A stretch of DNA of 64,000 nucleotides from the NCBI GenBank assembly GCA_951406725.2, contig OX597837.1, positions 47,182,001 to 47,246,000 of the forward strand, read 5' to 3'. Source of the stretch: Octopus vulgaris. Its lineage: Eukaryota. The notes beneath the pieces were generated by a model that saw only the letters and a program-made list of their open reading frames with translations, did not search any database and was not told the DNA's origin. Of this stretch, positions 40,381 through 54,779 are shown piece by piece. The translations under genes were made by a program, and so were the position numbers. Position 1 is the first letter of the stretch; each line of letters begins with the position of its first letter.

Positions 40381-41969
40381 TACACACACATACACATATA
40401 TATGTATATACATATACACATACACATATATGTATGTATTTGTATATATAAACATGCACACACGTGTGTGTGTGATTGAAAATTATACGCAAAAACTAGA
40501 GAGACAAGCGAGGAAACAACAGTCAGGGTATATTAATTTACGCACACACAAACACATACATATATGTGTATGTCTCAGAAACTGTGTTTGCTTCTCCCTC
40601 CACCCGCCCACCCACACCATCCAACATTCAGAGCTGGTTTGTGTGCATTCACACAGCTGAGCAGTTTGGCAAAAAAGACTCATAGAATAAGTACCAAACT
40701 TTAAAAAAATATAAGTACTGGAGTCAATTTCTTCATGTGCAGGTGGCACAAAAAAAGCACCGTTTGAACGTGGCCGCTGCCAGTACCGCCTTGAATGGCT
40801 TCTGTACCGGTGGCAAGTAAAAGCAACCACTACACTCACAGAGTGGTTGGCATTAGGAAGGGCATCCAACTGCCGAAACTCTGCCAGATCAAGATTGGAG
40901 TCTGGTGCAACCATCTGGTTCGCCAGACCCCAGTCAAATCGGCCAACCCACTTCAAGGTGGCGCCTCAGTATGGCCATAGTGCAAGGACTGAAACAAAAA
41001 GGGAATACATTTAGATTAGTTTTCCACTAATATTGATTTCTAACACAAGAATGAAGGCCACACATTCACAGTGGAAGGGAAACAGCCCAAACGTACTTGA
41101 ATGGAATTATATTTTTAACCACTCTGGAAGGATGAAAGGCAAAGTCAAAGAGCATTTAAATTCCAAGTGAAAAGAAACTTGATTAAATATGGGTTTCAAA
41201 TTTTGGCACAAGGCCAGCAGGTTTGGGACCGGTTCTTATGTTATCAACCTCAAAAGAATGAAAAGTAAAATCAACCTAGGTGGAATTTGAACTCAGAATG
41301 TAGAGATAGACAAAATGACAGTAAACATTTTTGCCTGGCATGCTAACAATTCTGCCAGCTTGCTGCCTTAGACTAGATTATATATAGCAAGGTAATCGGC
41401 TGCCCTACCAATGTTATCCTTCAATTAATATTTCTTAACAATTTCTGTTCATATATTAATGTTATACTTTTACCTTTTATATGTTTCAGTCATGGATTGT
41501 GGCCACGGTCTGGCAATTCCATCCTAAAGAGTGGACAAATCAACTTCTTTTCTTAAGGTCTGGTACCTGTTCTATTTGTTTCTTTTGTCAAATCACTAAT
41601 TAACAGGAACATAAACAAACCAACACCATTTTTCAGGCGATGGTGCAGGAATGAACTCAAACACAAAGACACACGGGCTTCCACATATTTTCCATCTACC
41701 AAATTCACTCACAAAGCCTGAGGTTATAGTAGAAAATATAGCCATGTTATTCTTTACCAATTTTATCCAAGAGACAACCAATTCTGCCCTTAGACTCTAC
41801 TCATTTTAACTCTAAATACTATCCCTAGACTTATGTTTCTCTACTAATTCTACTCCCAGGTGCTTTTGTTTCTAACCTTTCAATACAATAACAATTTCTT
41901 CAGTTTTGGCACTAAGTCAATTTTATTTAAGGAAACAGTAGAGTTGATTGAGCCAGTGCTGGTACATAC

Positions 41970-42360
41970 CTCACTACGTGTTATTGTTGAATTGTAATAT
42001 TTACATTTACAAATCATAAACACCAGGATAGTTTGAATTCAGAGCATAGGCTTAAACAAAATTGAAAATTATGTATGATGACTTGGCATATGCGACACTG
42101 GTACCACCACCAACCGCCACCACCACCACCACTACTAACTGTGATGTTAAAATGACTTCTTCAAGTCAAAAATAACTGGTACACACACACACACACACAC
42201 AGCAACAACAAACAAAAGCTGGTAGCATTACTACTTACTACAACACACACACACACACACATACATATTCCAGCAGAACAAGAAAAAAAAACATTCCTTT
42301 AATCTCTTCCTCTGCAGCTCAATGTCAACTCAATAACAATTGCATACTTTTCAGATAGAA
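41970..42360 (-). other. Candidate first (5'-UTR) exon
   Basis: Donor GAG|GTATGT at 41970/41969; non-TE, microsatellite-laced sequence; 5' boundary is approximate. Confidence 0.4.
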
Positions 42361-42367
42361 CTACCAG

Positions 42368-42412
<45 letters not shown>

Positions 42413-43836
42413 ACACGCATTCACAAGCCATCATAGGTACATACACATACTCTTCCTACCCACCTACAAACCAGCAGTAAACAAATACACACATACACAC
42501 ATGCACAGTTACACAGACAATATAAAGATATACACATGCACAAATTCAACACATATTCACATATATGTATAAACAAATATACACACGATCCTAACACTCA
42601 GTTGCACACACACACGATCCTAACACGCACACACACACACACACACACACAATCACAAGTATATGCACAACCACACATACATAGAAACACAAACATGTTC
42701 AGAAAACACTACGACAAGACACACACACACACACACACACACACACATTGGTACAGATGTACACACACAGGTATAGAGACCTGCATACAGACAAACAACT
42801 TCAAAACCACACACATAGGTGTGGAACATACACACAGAAACAGACAAGCAGCGGTAGAAGCACAAATATATATACTGTAAAAGACATACCATTAACACAA
42901 ATGCACACACACACACATATATAGATACAGATATGTACACATGGAGGGGTATACAGACATGTAAACACCATACACATGCATCACGTGATCTCCTCCTTAC
43001 CGAAATACAAATATGTAGACATGGTGACACAAACACACACAATCAGAAGCCCAGATGCAGAAGAAACAGAGACAGGCACCAGGGCACCTTCTTTTTTTTT
43101 TACAAGGGTTTAGTCAGTTCTATCAATTCTGCTACTGACAAACTCATGTTATGAAGTTTAGAATTCCTGAGCAATCTTGCAATGCAGTATCTCGTAACAC
43201 ACAATATTTTCTCATTTATTTCCAGGTTATAAACTACGAATCAGCAGAATTGGCCCCTTAATATTTAAACCAGCCACATCTGGCCCTAATATTCTAACAG
43301 CTTAAGGCAGAGAGCTGGCAAAATGTTTAGGTGTTTCGTGTGTCTTTACATTCTGAGTTCAAATTCTGCCAAGGTCAATTTTGCCTTTCATTCTTTTGGG
43401 GGTTAATAAAATAAGTACCAGTTGAGTACTTGGGTCATTGTAATCAATGTAGCTCCTCCCCTGACATTGCAGGCCTTGCACCAAAATTTGAAACCAATAT
43501 TCTATCAGTTTTATATTCATACTGGTTAGATCCAGTTTCTCACATACTCTACAATGTCATAACTAAAAATAAAAAACACATCATCAAAACCTTATGATTA
43601 ATTCAAAACAATGTGAATAAATATTACACCTGACAGAATACCTGGAATGCTTAAGGGGGGAGGAGTAGTACAATCATTACCGTTCCTATTACACTATCTT
43701 ATGTGGAGCTTATTTATTCACATTGTTTTGAATTAATGATGCGTTACCTTGAGGCTTTGAGATTTTGATGATGTGATTGTTTATTTTTAGAATGGCATTG
43801 TAAGGTAGGAGTGACATGCCTGATCTGGCCAGTTTA

Positions 43837-44045
43837 ACCCTTCAACATTCAAATTATTCGGTCAAATTTAATGCTGATTTATTCATGCATTATTTCATAA
43901 CTTTGAGATTTCAATGATATAATTGGTTATATTTAGAAGGACATTGCTGGGTAGGTAGTAGATGTGAAAGGCTGGATCTGGCCAGTCTGAACATAAAACA
44001 GGTAAGAGGTGTTGGCCAGATATGGCTAGTTTAAATGCTAAAGGG
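43837..44045. mobile_element. Second TTAA MITE family (ends aatgctaaagggttaa)
   Basis: Recurs at ~19010-19232, 19580-19700, 43250-43650, 47010-47238, 59760-59945. Confidence 0.65.
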
Positions 44046-44415
44046 TTAAATATAAAACATCAGAAGACTTGCAGCTGCTTCTCTGCAAGTGTCCGTTCTT
44101 TAACCATATTCTTTGTAGCCAAGTGGAGTGGAGCAGGTGGAGCTTTGGATATTATTTCCTTGAGATGTAGACAAAGCTTCTCTGCAGCATCCCAGTGACT
44201 CAGTCACACTGTCTGTCGTGACTTCTGCAAATTCACATCATTTGCCAGTAACCATATCTGGCAGGACTTACTGAAAAGTTTCTGTTGGAGTAAAACCTGT
44301 AAAAGTCAGATCCAGACTCGCCATATATGCTTCCAAACACCATTTGTAGTTGAGGCTATCACTTCATTCCATATCTCAAGTTAAGGGATCTGTGGAAACG
44401 GTAGACCCAGGAAGA

Positions 44416-44700
44416 CATCATCATCATCATTGTTCAACCATGGTCGAGACAATGGAATTTACTATATTACGCCAGACCTCACAGTCCGTCATAGCATTAC
44501 GGAGGTCCTGTTGCTGGATGCCTGTATCCCTGGAGATTACATCAGGGTAGGAGAGCGTGCACCCTCTGGTACTGCAAGCAGATGGCTTCCAGAGGAGAAG
44601 AGTAGAAATTACCTCGTCTTCAGCACTACAACAATGTCCACCAAACTGGACTCTCCTACCTTTCACAAGAGATGATACAAGTGGTAATTTCCCATATATT
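44416..44700 (-). mobile_element. RTE-like LINE 3' end
   Basis: RRVQFGGHC...LLLWKP...YPDVISRDTG...AMTDCEVWR; (TGA)n tail. Confidence 0.8.
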
Positions 44701-47700
44701 TGTACTTTGGTTGGAAGTATGAGGAAGACATGGGATGAGGTGGTGAAGCATGATCTTCAGAAGTTGAGTCTCACAAAGGTGATAAGAAGGGATCGAGGCC
44801 TTTAGCGCTGTGCTTGAGAAGACATGTCAAGTGAAATTGTAGTGAAGGCCCAATGCCAGTGACGCATAAAAGGCACCCATGCTGGTGACATGTAAAAGGC
44901 ACCTGTGCAGGTGACACATAAAAGACACTCACTACACTCTTAGGAGTGGGTGGTGTTAGGAATGGCACCCAGCCATAGGAACCAAGCCAAACCAGACTGG
45001 AGCCGGATGCAGCTCTCCAGTTTCAGTCAAATTGTCCAACCCATGCCAGCATCAAAAACTGATACTAAATAATGATGCTAATGATGCAGCATCCATAACG
45101 GATTTTCAAACAGTCTCCAAATAAAAGTCTTTCTTTCTCCTCAAATTCTTTTCTGAATTGTTTCAAAGTTCTTTTCAGATAACACAGCTTTAAATCGGCC
45201 ATCAACCTTTGAGCCATTGGCTGAAGTAAAGAAGCTGTGCTGGTAGGAATATGAATAGATATTCCACTTGTACATTATCAGAAAGACCCTTCCATTTCAG
45301 AGATATGAAAATCACACCAAATACTAAAGCAGCAGAATCCAGCAGAACTAGAAAAGTTCTTTGGGGGCAAAAAGTAATTGTCTTTTTTTACTTCAGATGC
45401 AAAAAAACTAAAATTGCAATGAAAAAAATGTTAGTGGTCGGGGATTAATGTTGAAAGGAACGAAAAGAAAAAGGAACAAGCAACAGATTTAAAGACAATT
45501 TGTAGTCTGATGGTATAATATTAGTAGTTGTAGTAGTGGTTGCACTTTAAGTGTTGCCAGTCGTCCAAGTGTTGGTGTAAACAAATCTCAGCTGCTGTTG
45601 TAGGCCATTCTCCATCTGATGGATGTTGTCATAGGAACCACTGGCTCAACTCAGATCAACCATTAATTTTTGGGTTGAAGCAGTGGATCAGTAGAGCCTC
45701 TTTTATAAGTAAATTGTCAGTGTTGTTCTCAGAGGTTAGTATGGAGGCATCTATTTCCTTGGTGGTGTTGCTACATCTGTTCAGGTGTCCGTAGGAGGAC
45801 ACAGTGGTGAGATGCTCCTTAATTCAGATGTGGAGTTGTGATGTTGTGCTCCTGATGAAGTGGTTGCCGTATTTGGAGCATCATATTTGATATACCATGC
45901 ATGGATGTAAGCACATATTAGAGCCACAGAGGGGACAGTTCCGGTTCCTAAAGACACTTGGAGCCAACAGATATCCTATATCTGTCTCTGACTTCATACA
46001 GGAACATAGGCCAGCTAAACATTGCAATCAGAAGACCACTGCCACCATCTACAAGGCTATCTGCAGGGAAGGACTCAACATTCATTTGGCTGATTCAGGA
46101 CTGTCCTTGCAGAAACATCTATCAATGAGATGGTCACATGCAGCACAAAAGCCCTGAACTGTAATAAACTGTGTGGGACATCAATTACATCTATGTTAGG
46201 AGATCGACTACTGCTGTTACAAAAACACTGGAGAGTTTGAATGGATAACAGATCTTAGACTGTTCTTCATCATCATCATCATCGTTTAGCATCCGCTTTC
46301 CATGCTAGCATGGGTTGGACGGTTCAACTGGGGTCTGGGAAGCCAGAAGGCTGCACCAGGCCCAGTCTGATCTGGCAATGTTTCTATGGCTGGATGCCCT
46401 TTGTAACGCCAACCACTCCGTGATTGTAGTGGGTGCTTTTTACGTGCCACCAGCACAGGTGCCAGGTGAGGCTGGCAATGGCCACGATCGGATGGAGCTT
46501 TTTATGTGCCACCGGCACGAGGCCAGTCAGGGCAGTGCTGGCAACAGCCACGTTCGGATGGTTCTCTTACGTACCACCGGCACTGGTATCACAGCTGCAA
46601 TTTCCATTGATGTTGATCAATTTCAATTTTTTCTTGTCTTCTGTAAATGGGATTTTGAGTCCAAAATACAAAGGCTTTATTAAAGTTTCCACATTGGCAG
46701 AAGCTGTCTAATTTTTTTCCAATTTACAGAGTAATTAAGCTTATTCAGTAACATTCTACAAGTTCTGTTACGTTTCTTGGCAATGCAAGAATATTGTCAG
46801 ATTCAAAAACTTATTACTGTGTAGAGTGTTAGATTGTGTTGGAAAAATATTCCAGAACAGAGTAGTTTTTCTGATTAAATTCACAGAGATGTATAATTTG
46901 GGTTGTTGTTATCAAGACAGAGCCTAGTTTTACAGGATTTGAATTCAAAACACAAAACGACATGACTAAAATCATGCAGCCAATTTTAATGTCAATTTAA
47001 TTGCGTGTTAAACCATTAACATTTAGATTAATTTGTCAAATATAAAGTTTTCCTGTTTAGTTCACATTATTTTCAATTAATTATGCACCATCTCATAGCT
47101 TTTAGAGTTCAATAATCTGGTTGTTTGTTTTAGAATGACATTGAAGAAGAGGTGTGTGAGGCCAGATTGGGTCAGTTTGGACATAAAACAGGTAAAATAT
47201 TTGGGCCAGATATGGCTAATTTAAATGCTAATGAGTTAATCTTAAATTTCTTTACTATCATTTTCATTGAAACCTTTCCCCTCTATTTCATGATGGCTCA
47301 CACAATATTTCTAGCTATTTGAATTCACAGGGAACTGATAAACTTGTTGTTGAACTCAAAGCCACTCGGAATTGAGCAAAGCGTTTCAGTTGTGAGCGGA
47401 CTGCCTGTGAATGCACAGCTACATTCATCAATGAGTTCTAGATTTCTCTATATGTTAGATGGTAGGATATGAACTGAGGGAGATATGACTATTGCTTTAA
47501 GCAGGCTGAATAGCTGTGTAGATGTTCCTTTGTCATTGTGCGTGATAGTTTCTAAAATCTAAAATACATTGTGAGTAAAAATATATGAATAAATTACATG
47601 TATGAAATGCAGGTTACATGTATTATGTAGATGTTGTTACACATTAAATATGTAACATGAATTAAATACTTGCTGTGACACATATTAAATATATGTTGTT

Positions 47701-49599
47701 ACATGCGTTAAAAACATAGTTACAGTAAAGTTTTCCCCAGAGTCAGATATGGATATGGAATCAGCAGAATGTTTGTCAAAGAGTAACTCAGAGTACGTGG
47801 AGAAATCAGAGAAACCCTAGTAAAGTGGGGACATAATGTTGAATCCTCTACTAATAACCATGGGAAAATCCAAACCATGAGTTTTTAGTTGGTTTGATCA
47901 TTTTTAAAGGATTTCCCTTGTGGTTTGAGAAATAACATGAAAATTGTGAGTAACGATAAAATAGTTAGGTTCATTTTAAAGATGAAAGAACAGAGGTCCA
48001 TGCGGGGTCCCAAATACAAAATATTTATTTGGCATTAATAAAAATGTTGTTGTTATGACGAACAGGAGAAAAGAAGACATTTAAGGCCCATGCATCAGTT
48101 TATTTGTGTTTATGAGATCTGTGCATATCAGCAATGACAATAGCTGTTGTTGAATAGAACTGAATTTGTTATTGTCATATTCTGTAGCTGAAGTTGGCCT
48201 GGCTATTTTACAGCCACTGGTTAGTTAGCAAATAAAAGAAAAAACATACAGAGCTTAATGTCTTTTAAAGGAAAGGGGCCAAAGACAAAATTGTTAATGA
48301 CATCCTGCTTCTATTAAAGATTTAAGTGGCCAGTTATTTACTGATGTCATTTATCCAAGACAGCATCTTGCTTGTTGTTATTTTCATGCATTATCACAAG
48401 GATTCAGGTTCGATTCTTAGGCAGTGAGTTGATATTTGGGATTCTAGCAAATATTCCTGTTACGTGTGCATAAAAAAGACAAAAGTTCTGATAGAAAGAA
48501 TTTATAACAGTGACACAAAACCATAAATTTTTTAAAAGGGGGTCAGTTGAATATAGTGAGTATAGTGCTAGACTAGATTTCATTTTATCAACAATGGTTG
48601 GCCTTGGTGGGGTTTTACATCAGAAACTAAAACAGCAAAGTAGTTTGCTTTGTGGGCCAATGTTTCCGCCAATCCACCAGGCTTTGTAAAATATTAACAA
48701 CAGTAAGTTTGAATGTCAAAAATTATTTGAGAAATATAAAGATAAAATAAAGAGGAAGAGAGTAAAGTGAAGAGTGGGTGAGAGAGAAAGAGAGGGGGGT
48801 AGAGAAAGAGAGACAGAGAAAGAAAAAGAGTGAAAGAAGGTATGCGAAAATACAGAAAAGGAGAAAAAGAAATAACACATCAGTAGGTCAAAGCCATTGG
48901 TGACATGCTAATCCTGGATTTGGATTAAATAAACCTACTCTAGGTTGCTTGGGAAAATATAATCTTCCACTTAAAGGATTAAGATTTCGGTATGTTACAT
49001 ATCTATCTATCTATCTATCTCTATATATATATATTTATAGATAGATAGATATGCAATCGAGGCAGTATTTAATTGTACAGCCATCCATGTATCTATTTAA
49101 TGTATATACTGTCGATAGGCCAATTACTGCAGTATTTGTCCTGAGATAACATCTCTTATGGGCTTATTCTGTTAAAAGCAGAATATCAGACAAATAGAGA
49201 TAAGAATTCATCCCAGGGAGCTCACCAAATGCATTTTCTTTCTTTTCTTTTTTTTGGTAGGGGTAACCTGTTCAATGGCACATATGTGCAGTCAGCCATT
49301 TGCTCAGATAAGAGTTCATCATCTCTGATACTGGAATAAGTAAATAGATTATTCACTAATGTTGTGAATAAATCATTTGCTAATTAGTCACTAAGAGACG
49401 ATTAAAGATGATTACACAGCACCTACTACATTCTTGGAGTGGTTGGCATTAGGAAGGGCATCCAGCTGTAGAAACTCTGCCAGATCAAGATTGGAGCCTG
49501 GTGCAGTCATCTGGTTTGTCAGCCCTCAGTCAAAATCGTCCAACCCATGCTAGCATGGAAAGCAGACGTTAAACGATGATGATGATGATGATGTGGTCC

Positions 49600-50090
49600 A
49601 AAGGATAGAAGTGAGCTAAATCTTCCTTCTTATCAAGACGTACAAAATTTTTCAAAGATATATCAAGAGAAAGTTCCTCAATGGAAAAAGATAAAAGCTA
49701 TGGCATTATTCTCTGTACCATCGAAATTGAAAATTCAATCAAAACACAAGGCTGAAATTATGAGACATAAATATCTGAGTATACATTTGTACCCCAGGAC
49801 ATGGGTCAATGAATACAAAAGCAATGATAAGAGACATCCGAAATAACACAGATTCACGGTGAGCTCTTAATTTTGTATCACATTATGGATGCAGAGTCAA
49901 AGCAAGGTTAAAGAGAGAAGGCCTGGAGATGTCAAAAGAGATTTGGAAGTCCTAACCACACTTGAAGGCCACAAGACCATACTGGAACTTTGTCTAATAG
50001 AAGGTATCAAAACAAAGGGTATGAAATTAAGGATAGAGGGACAGAAAGCCCAGCTGTTACATCTGTCATTGTAAAACTCATCCCTATTTG
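49600..50090 (+). mobile_element. Decayed L1/Tx1-like ORF1 (gag-knuckle) fragment
   Basis: LRIEGQ/KPSCYICHCKTH across a frameshift; second knuckle KVECFHCGKTGHVKEHW at ~50650-50700. Confidence 0.4.
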
Positions 50091-52228
50091 AATTCCTTTT
50101 TATTATCACATCATAAATTATATAATTTTTACATGTTTCACTATCATACACTGATATGTAATCTATCTACCTGCCTGCCTGCCTGTCTGTCTGTCCGTCC
50201 GTCCGTCCATCTATCTATCGACCTGTCTGTCTATCTATCTATCTATCTATCTATCTCTCATTCATCCATGTTTTGCCCTTCCTCTTCTAAATCTTACTAA
50301 AAGTACACACAAAAAAATAAATATAACTAAATAAATAACAATATATTGAAGTCAAAAACCAGGGAAGTTGTACTTTAAAATAACAATAGAAGCAACAGCA
50401 ACAACAATGGTTTCTAATTTAAGCACAAGGCCAGCAATTTTGAGGAGATGGGGGCTGGTTAATACGATTGACCATAGCCTGTTACTGGTACTTTATTGAG
50501 GAATGAATGGCAAAGTTGGCTTTGGTCGAATTTGAAATTAGAACAGGCAGAATAGAAATCATGTGTGTACTAAAATAGAGTAGAAACAGGACAGAAATCA
50601 GGAAATAAACCCATGTTTATACACCTGAGAAAAAAACTGGCCATTTAAGAAAGTGGAATGTTTCCATTGTGGAAAAACTGGACATGTAAAAGAACACTGG
50701 GAAACCAAGATGACAAAACGTTGGAACAAAGAAAAAAAAAGTAAACAAGATGTCCTCAGATCAGCCTCATAAGTATTTAGCCCTTCCCTGGTTGGCGGAC
50801 ACTTCCAACACTGCATGACCATCGTCCCATCATCAGACAAGCTGTAAGTTTTAGATGTTTTGTTGTTGCTTAATTTATAACAATGTTCATTAAAAAAGAA
50901 TTTTTTTTTTCAATGTCATATTTTTTCATCTGTGTAGGGCTGAGCTGCACCTTTACATGTGAAAGTGAATTAACCTGCACTCATCTGCATACACATAAAT
51001 TGGCAAAGCATATTTATGCTGGCACATGAATTGGTTCAGATATATATCTCCAAACATACACTGTGGGTGTGGGTGTGTATAAATATACATAAATTTGTCT
51101 GAAAGAAAAATATAAAATGACCCCCCACCCCACCACTGCTTTTATGTTTTATTATTACTACAATAAAGCAAATGGTTCCTTAATTGCTTTCAGTAATAAT
51201 TCCAGTTGTTTGATCAGCTGAACAACCGATTAGGTTAGCATGAAAGGGTTAAAGTATTCCACTCTTAAAGGAATTAAAACTGGCCCCGTGAATTACTGGT
51301 ATACTCCATATAATGGGCTTCCACACACACATACACAGAGGTGAAGGAACATGGCCTAGTGGTTTGGCTGTTGTGCTCATGATCGCTAGATTGTGGGTTC
51401 GGTACCCTGATGGGGTAGTGCGTTGTGTTTTCGAGCAAAACACCGCCTTTCACATTGCTCCAGTCCCCCTTTTAATCAAAGGGAATGTTGGCCTGCACGG
51501 TGGCATCTTTCGAAAGCCAAAACAATGCAAAAAAAATGCATTGTGACCAATGATGTGTAACAACATCTGATAGCCTGGCCAGTCATGTGATCACATACAC
51601 ACACACACACACACATAATAAAAATGATAATAATAATAATAATAATAATAGGGAGTATAACTCCAAACTTAGAGGGAAAATTTCTTTTTACTTATTATAT
51701 ATTGTTTATTCATTATTTTAGTACTTTTTGTGATCTAGTTATATGTTTTATAATATGTTATTTTTCCTTTATGATTTGGTTTATGTCTATCATTTTTTGA
51801 ATTACATAATAGTGGTTTTTCTCTAATTTATATATATATATATTTCTTCCCTTCTTTCCTGAGCGTCCAATAATACTTTATTTGTTCCACATCCTTGCGT
51901 TGTTGTCTTTTTGTTTTCTTGTTTGGATTAACTTTATATATATATATATATAATTATGAGAAGGCGAGAGAGAAAAAAAGAGGGAGATATATATATAATG
52001 ATGCAAATAAAACTGCTTGGGTTAGATCGTCTGCGTCATTTAATGCCCGCTCTCCATCCTGGCATGAGTCAGACAGTTTGACTGGAACAGGTAAGCAAGA
52101 GAGCTGCACCAGGTTCCAGTCTGATTTTCATCATTAAGAACATGGCGGCAGAAGGTCCTTCCCTATAAATACTTAATCATATCGAAGGGAAACGGAAATT
52201 AATAGAAATGTTCACTTCCAGTGGCCTA

Positions 52229-52276
<48 letters not shown>

Positions 52277-52277
52277 C

Positions 52278-52778
52278 GCAATGTCACTATCAGTCCGAAT
52301 ATGGTCGATGCATGTTTGGGCTGGGGAACTCACTGTTTTATCATGGAGAATATATTTCGCTTGTTGACTAACGGTGTCTATACACCTTGATCAGCTTGCA
52401 GCGCCACCTACCTAGACTGTGAGATGTTACCATTTCAGAGTAGTTGTCTCCCCATTGGTCACAGACACCAAGCAGGATGGTGCTGAATCAAGAGATTATC
52501 AATGCCAATCCTCATAGAGTGAGTGGAAAAGCATAAGAGAGATAATCTCTTAATCCAGCTCACAGTGTGTGTGTCTTCTTAGGGTCTGCAACTGACGAGG
52601 AGACAACTGTTCTGAAATATCAACACCTCACAACCTGGGTAGATGGCACTGCAAGCTGAGCCAGGTGTGTACACACTGTTTGTCAATAAGCAAGATATAT
52701 TCCCCATGACAAAATGCAGTGAACAGCTGGTTTCCCAGTTCGAATGTCCATCAAGCATATCCGAACGGATAACATTGC
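52278..52778. repeat. Diverged inverted repeat (~180 bp arms) with a decayed hammerhead-like core
   Basis: Arms are reverse complements; CTGACGA-ggagacaactgttct-GAAA at 52592-52617. Confidence 0.7.
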
Positions 52779-53289
52779 AATTGAACTTATCCCTGCTTCG
52801 TACTCCCTCTCTGTAATAGGCCTCCATCATCTTTTAGATTTTTTTACTTGCTTCAAGTTAATGGACTACTGTCATGCTGGGGCACTGCCATGAAGGGTTT
52901 TAGCCAAACAAATCTACCCTTTCTGTCAGTCTCTTTTGCCAAACCACTAAGTCATGGGAATGTAAACAAACCAACGCCAGTTGTCAAGCAGTTTTGGGGA
53001 CAAACACAAAGATAAGGACACACACACACACACACACACACGATGAAACAGGCTTCCACAGTCTCTGTCTACCAAATTCACTCACAAGGCATTGGTTGAC
53101 ACTCATCAAGGTGTCACATTGTGAAACTGAACCCAAAACCACATGGTCGCAAAGCAAGCTACTTAAAAACACAGACATACTGTGTGTGTGTGTGTGTGTG
53201 TTTGTAAACAGAATGCATTTGTAATCACATTAGAAATGTGGTTAGAAATGGGTTAAAATCAATGAAAAAATATAGATTTAACAACAAGT

Positions 53290-53647
53290 AGGCATAGGAG
53301 GGACTTACCAACCACATGATTCTGGGTTTAGTCTCACTGCATGGCACCTTGGGCAAGTGTCTTCTACTACAGCCTCGGGCCGACCAAAGCTTTTATGAGT
53401 GGATTTGATAGACGGAAACTAAAAGAAGCCTATATGTGTGTGTGTGTGTGTTTGTCCCCCCATCACTGCTTGATAACCAATGTTTGTGTGATTACGTCTC
53501 TGTAACTTAGTGGTTTGGCAAAAGGGACCAATAGAATAAGTACTGAGCTTACAAAGAATAAGTCTTGGAGTCGACTTGTTCGACAAAAAAAGTGATGCTC
53601 AAGCATGGCCACAGTCAAATGACTGAAACAAATAAAAGAATAAAAGA
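53290..53647 (+). mobile_element. tRNA-derived SINE
   Basis: Same family as 23611-24080. Confidence 0.82.
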
Positions 53648-54779
53648 AAGTATTCTTAAAATTTCTAGAATGTTATAAAAAGATAAAATGACATATTCTT
53701 TTAAAAACACGGGTATTAGATGTGTATACACACCTATACAATAACATGATATATGTTCTTGTAGAAGAGTATCATATAATGACAATATGAAAAATGAATG
53801 GAATGGCTTGTCTGCTCCCTGACCTACATCTTGGATTACTAAGAGTACAGGTAAAAAACAAAAACACAAATATTTGGGGGATTGTCTTGTGAAATCACTT
53901 GTTATGTAATATAAACATATTACATAACAACAACAATGGTAACAACAACAATAATCCTTTTTAATATAGGCACAAGGACTGAAATTTTGTGGGGAGGGGC
54001 TAAGTTAATTACAGTGACCCCCAAGGGCTCAACTGGTGCTTATTTTATTGATCCTGAAATATTGAAAGGCAAAGCGAACCTCAGTAGAATTTGAACTCAG
54101 ACCATAAAGCTGAAAGAAATGCTGCTAAGGAATTTTGTCCAGTGTGCTAACAATTGTGCCAGAACAACAACAAGAATGGTTTCAAATTCTGGCACATGGC
54201 CAGCAGGTTTGACAGGTTTGACATGGCCAGCAGGTTTGACAGCAGGGCTAAGTCAATTTAATTGACCCCAGTATTTAACTGGAACTTATTTTACTGACAC
54301 CAAAAGGATGAAAGGGCCAAACTGACCTTGGTGGAATTAGAACTCAGAATGGGAAGATAGATGAAATGCTGTTAAGCACCAAAAGGGCCCAAGAGAGTGG
54401 GGATAGTGGCGAGGTTGAGACACAAGCAATGGTGGGAAAGAGGTTGCATTTGAGTAAAAAAGAGATGAATAATAACAACAAAAAAAAAAGTCCCCAATGT
54501 TGGGAGGGGAGGAGGTAGATAAGACCAGTTAAATCATCCGAGACACAAAGACTGATTTCCCTGTTAATCTTCTTGTGATTCCACTGCATCTATGAGTCCA
54601 TAGCTTGCATCTTGTACATTCTAATGGAATTTCTACCAATACTTTGTCTACATATCGAGGTAGAGCCATTTCACAGAAGGGATTAGTAATTTGCATGCCT
54701 TTTTGCCTATTAAGAATTTGGCCCGTGTTAAATTAACTTCAAGGCCCTTGGATCCTCGGCCTTGCTTCCACACCTGAAA

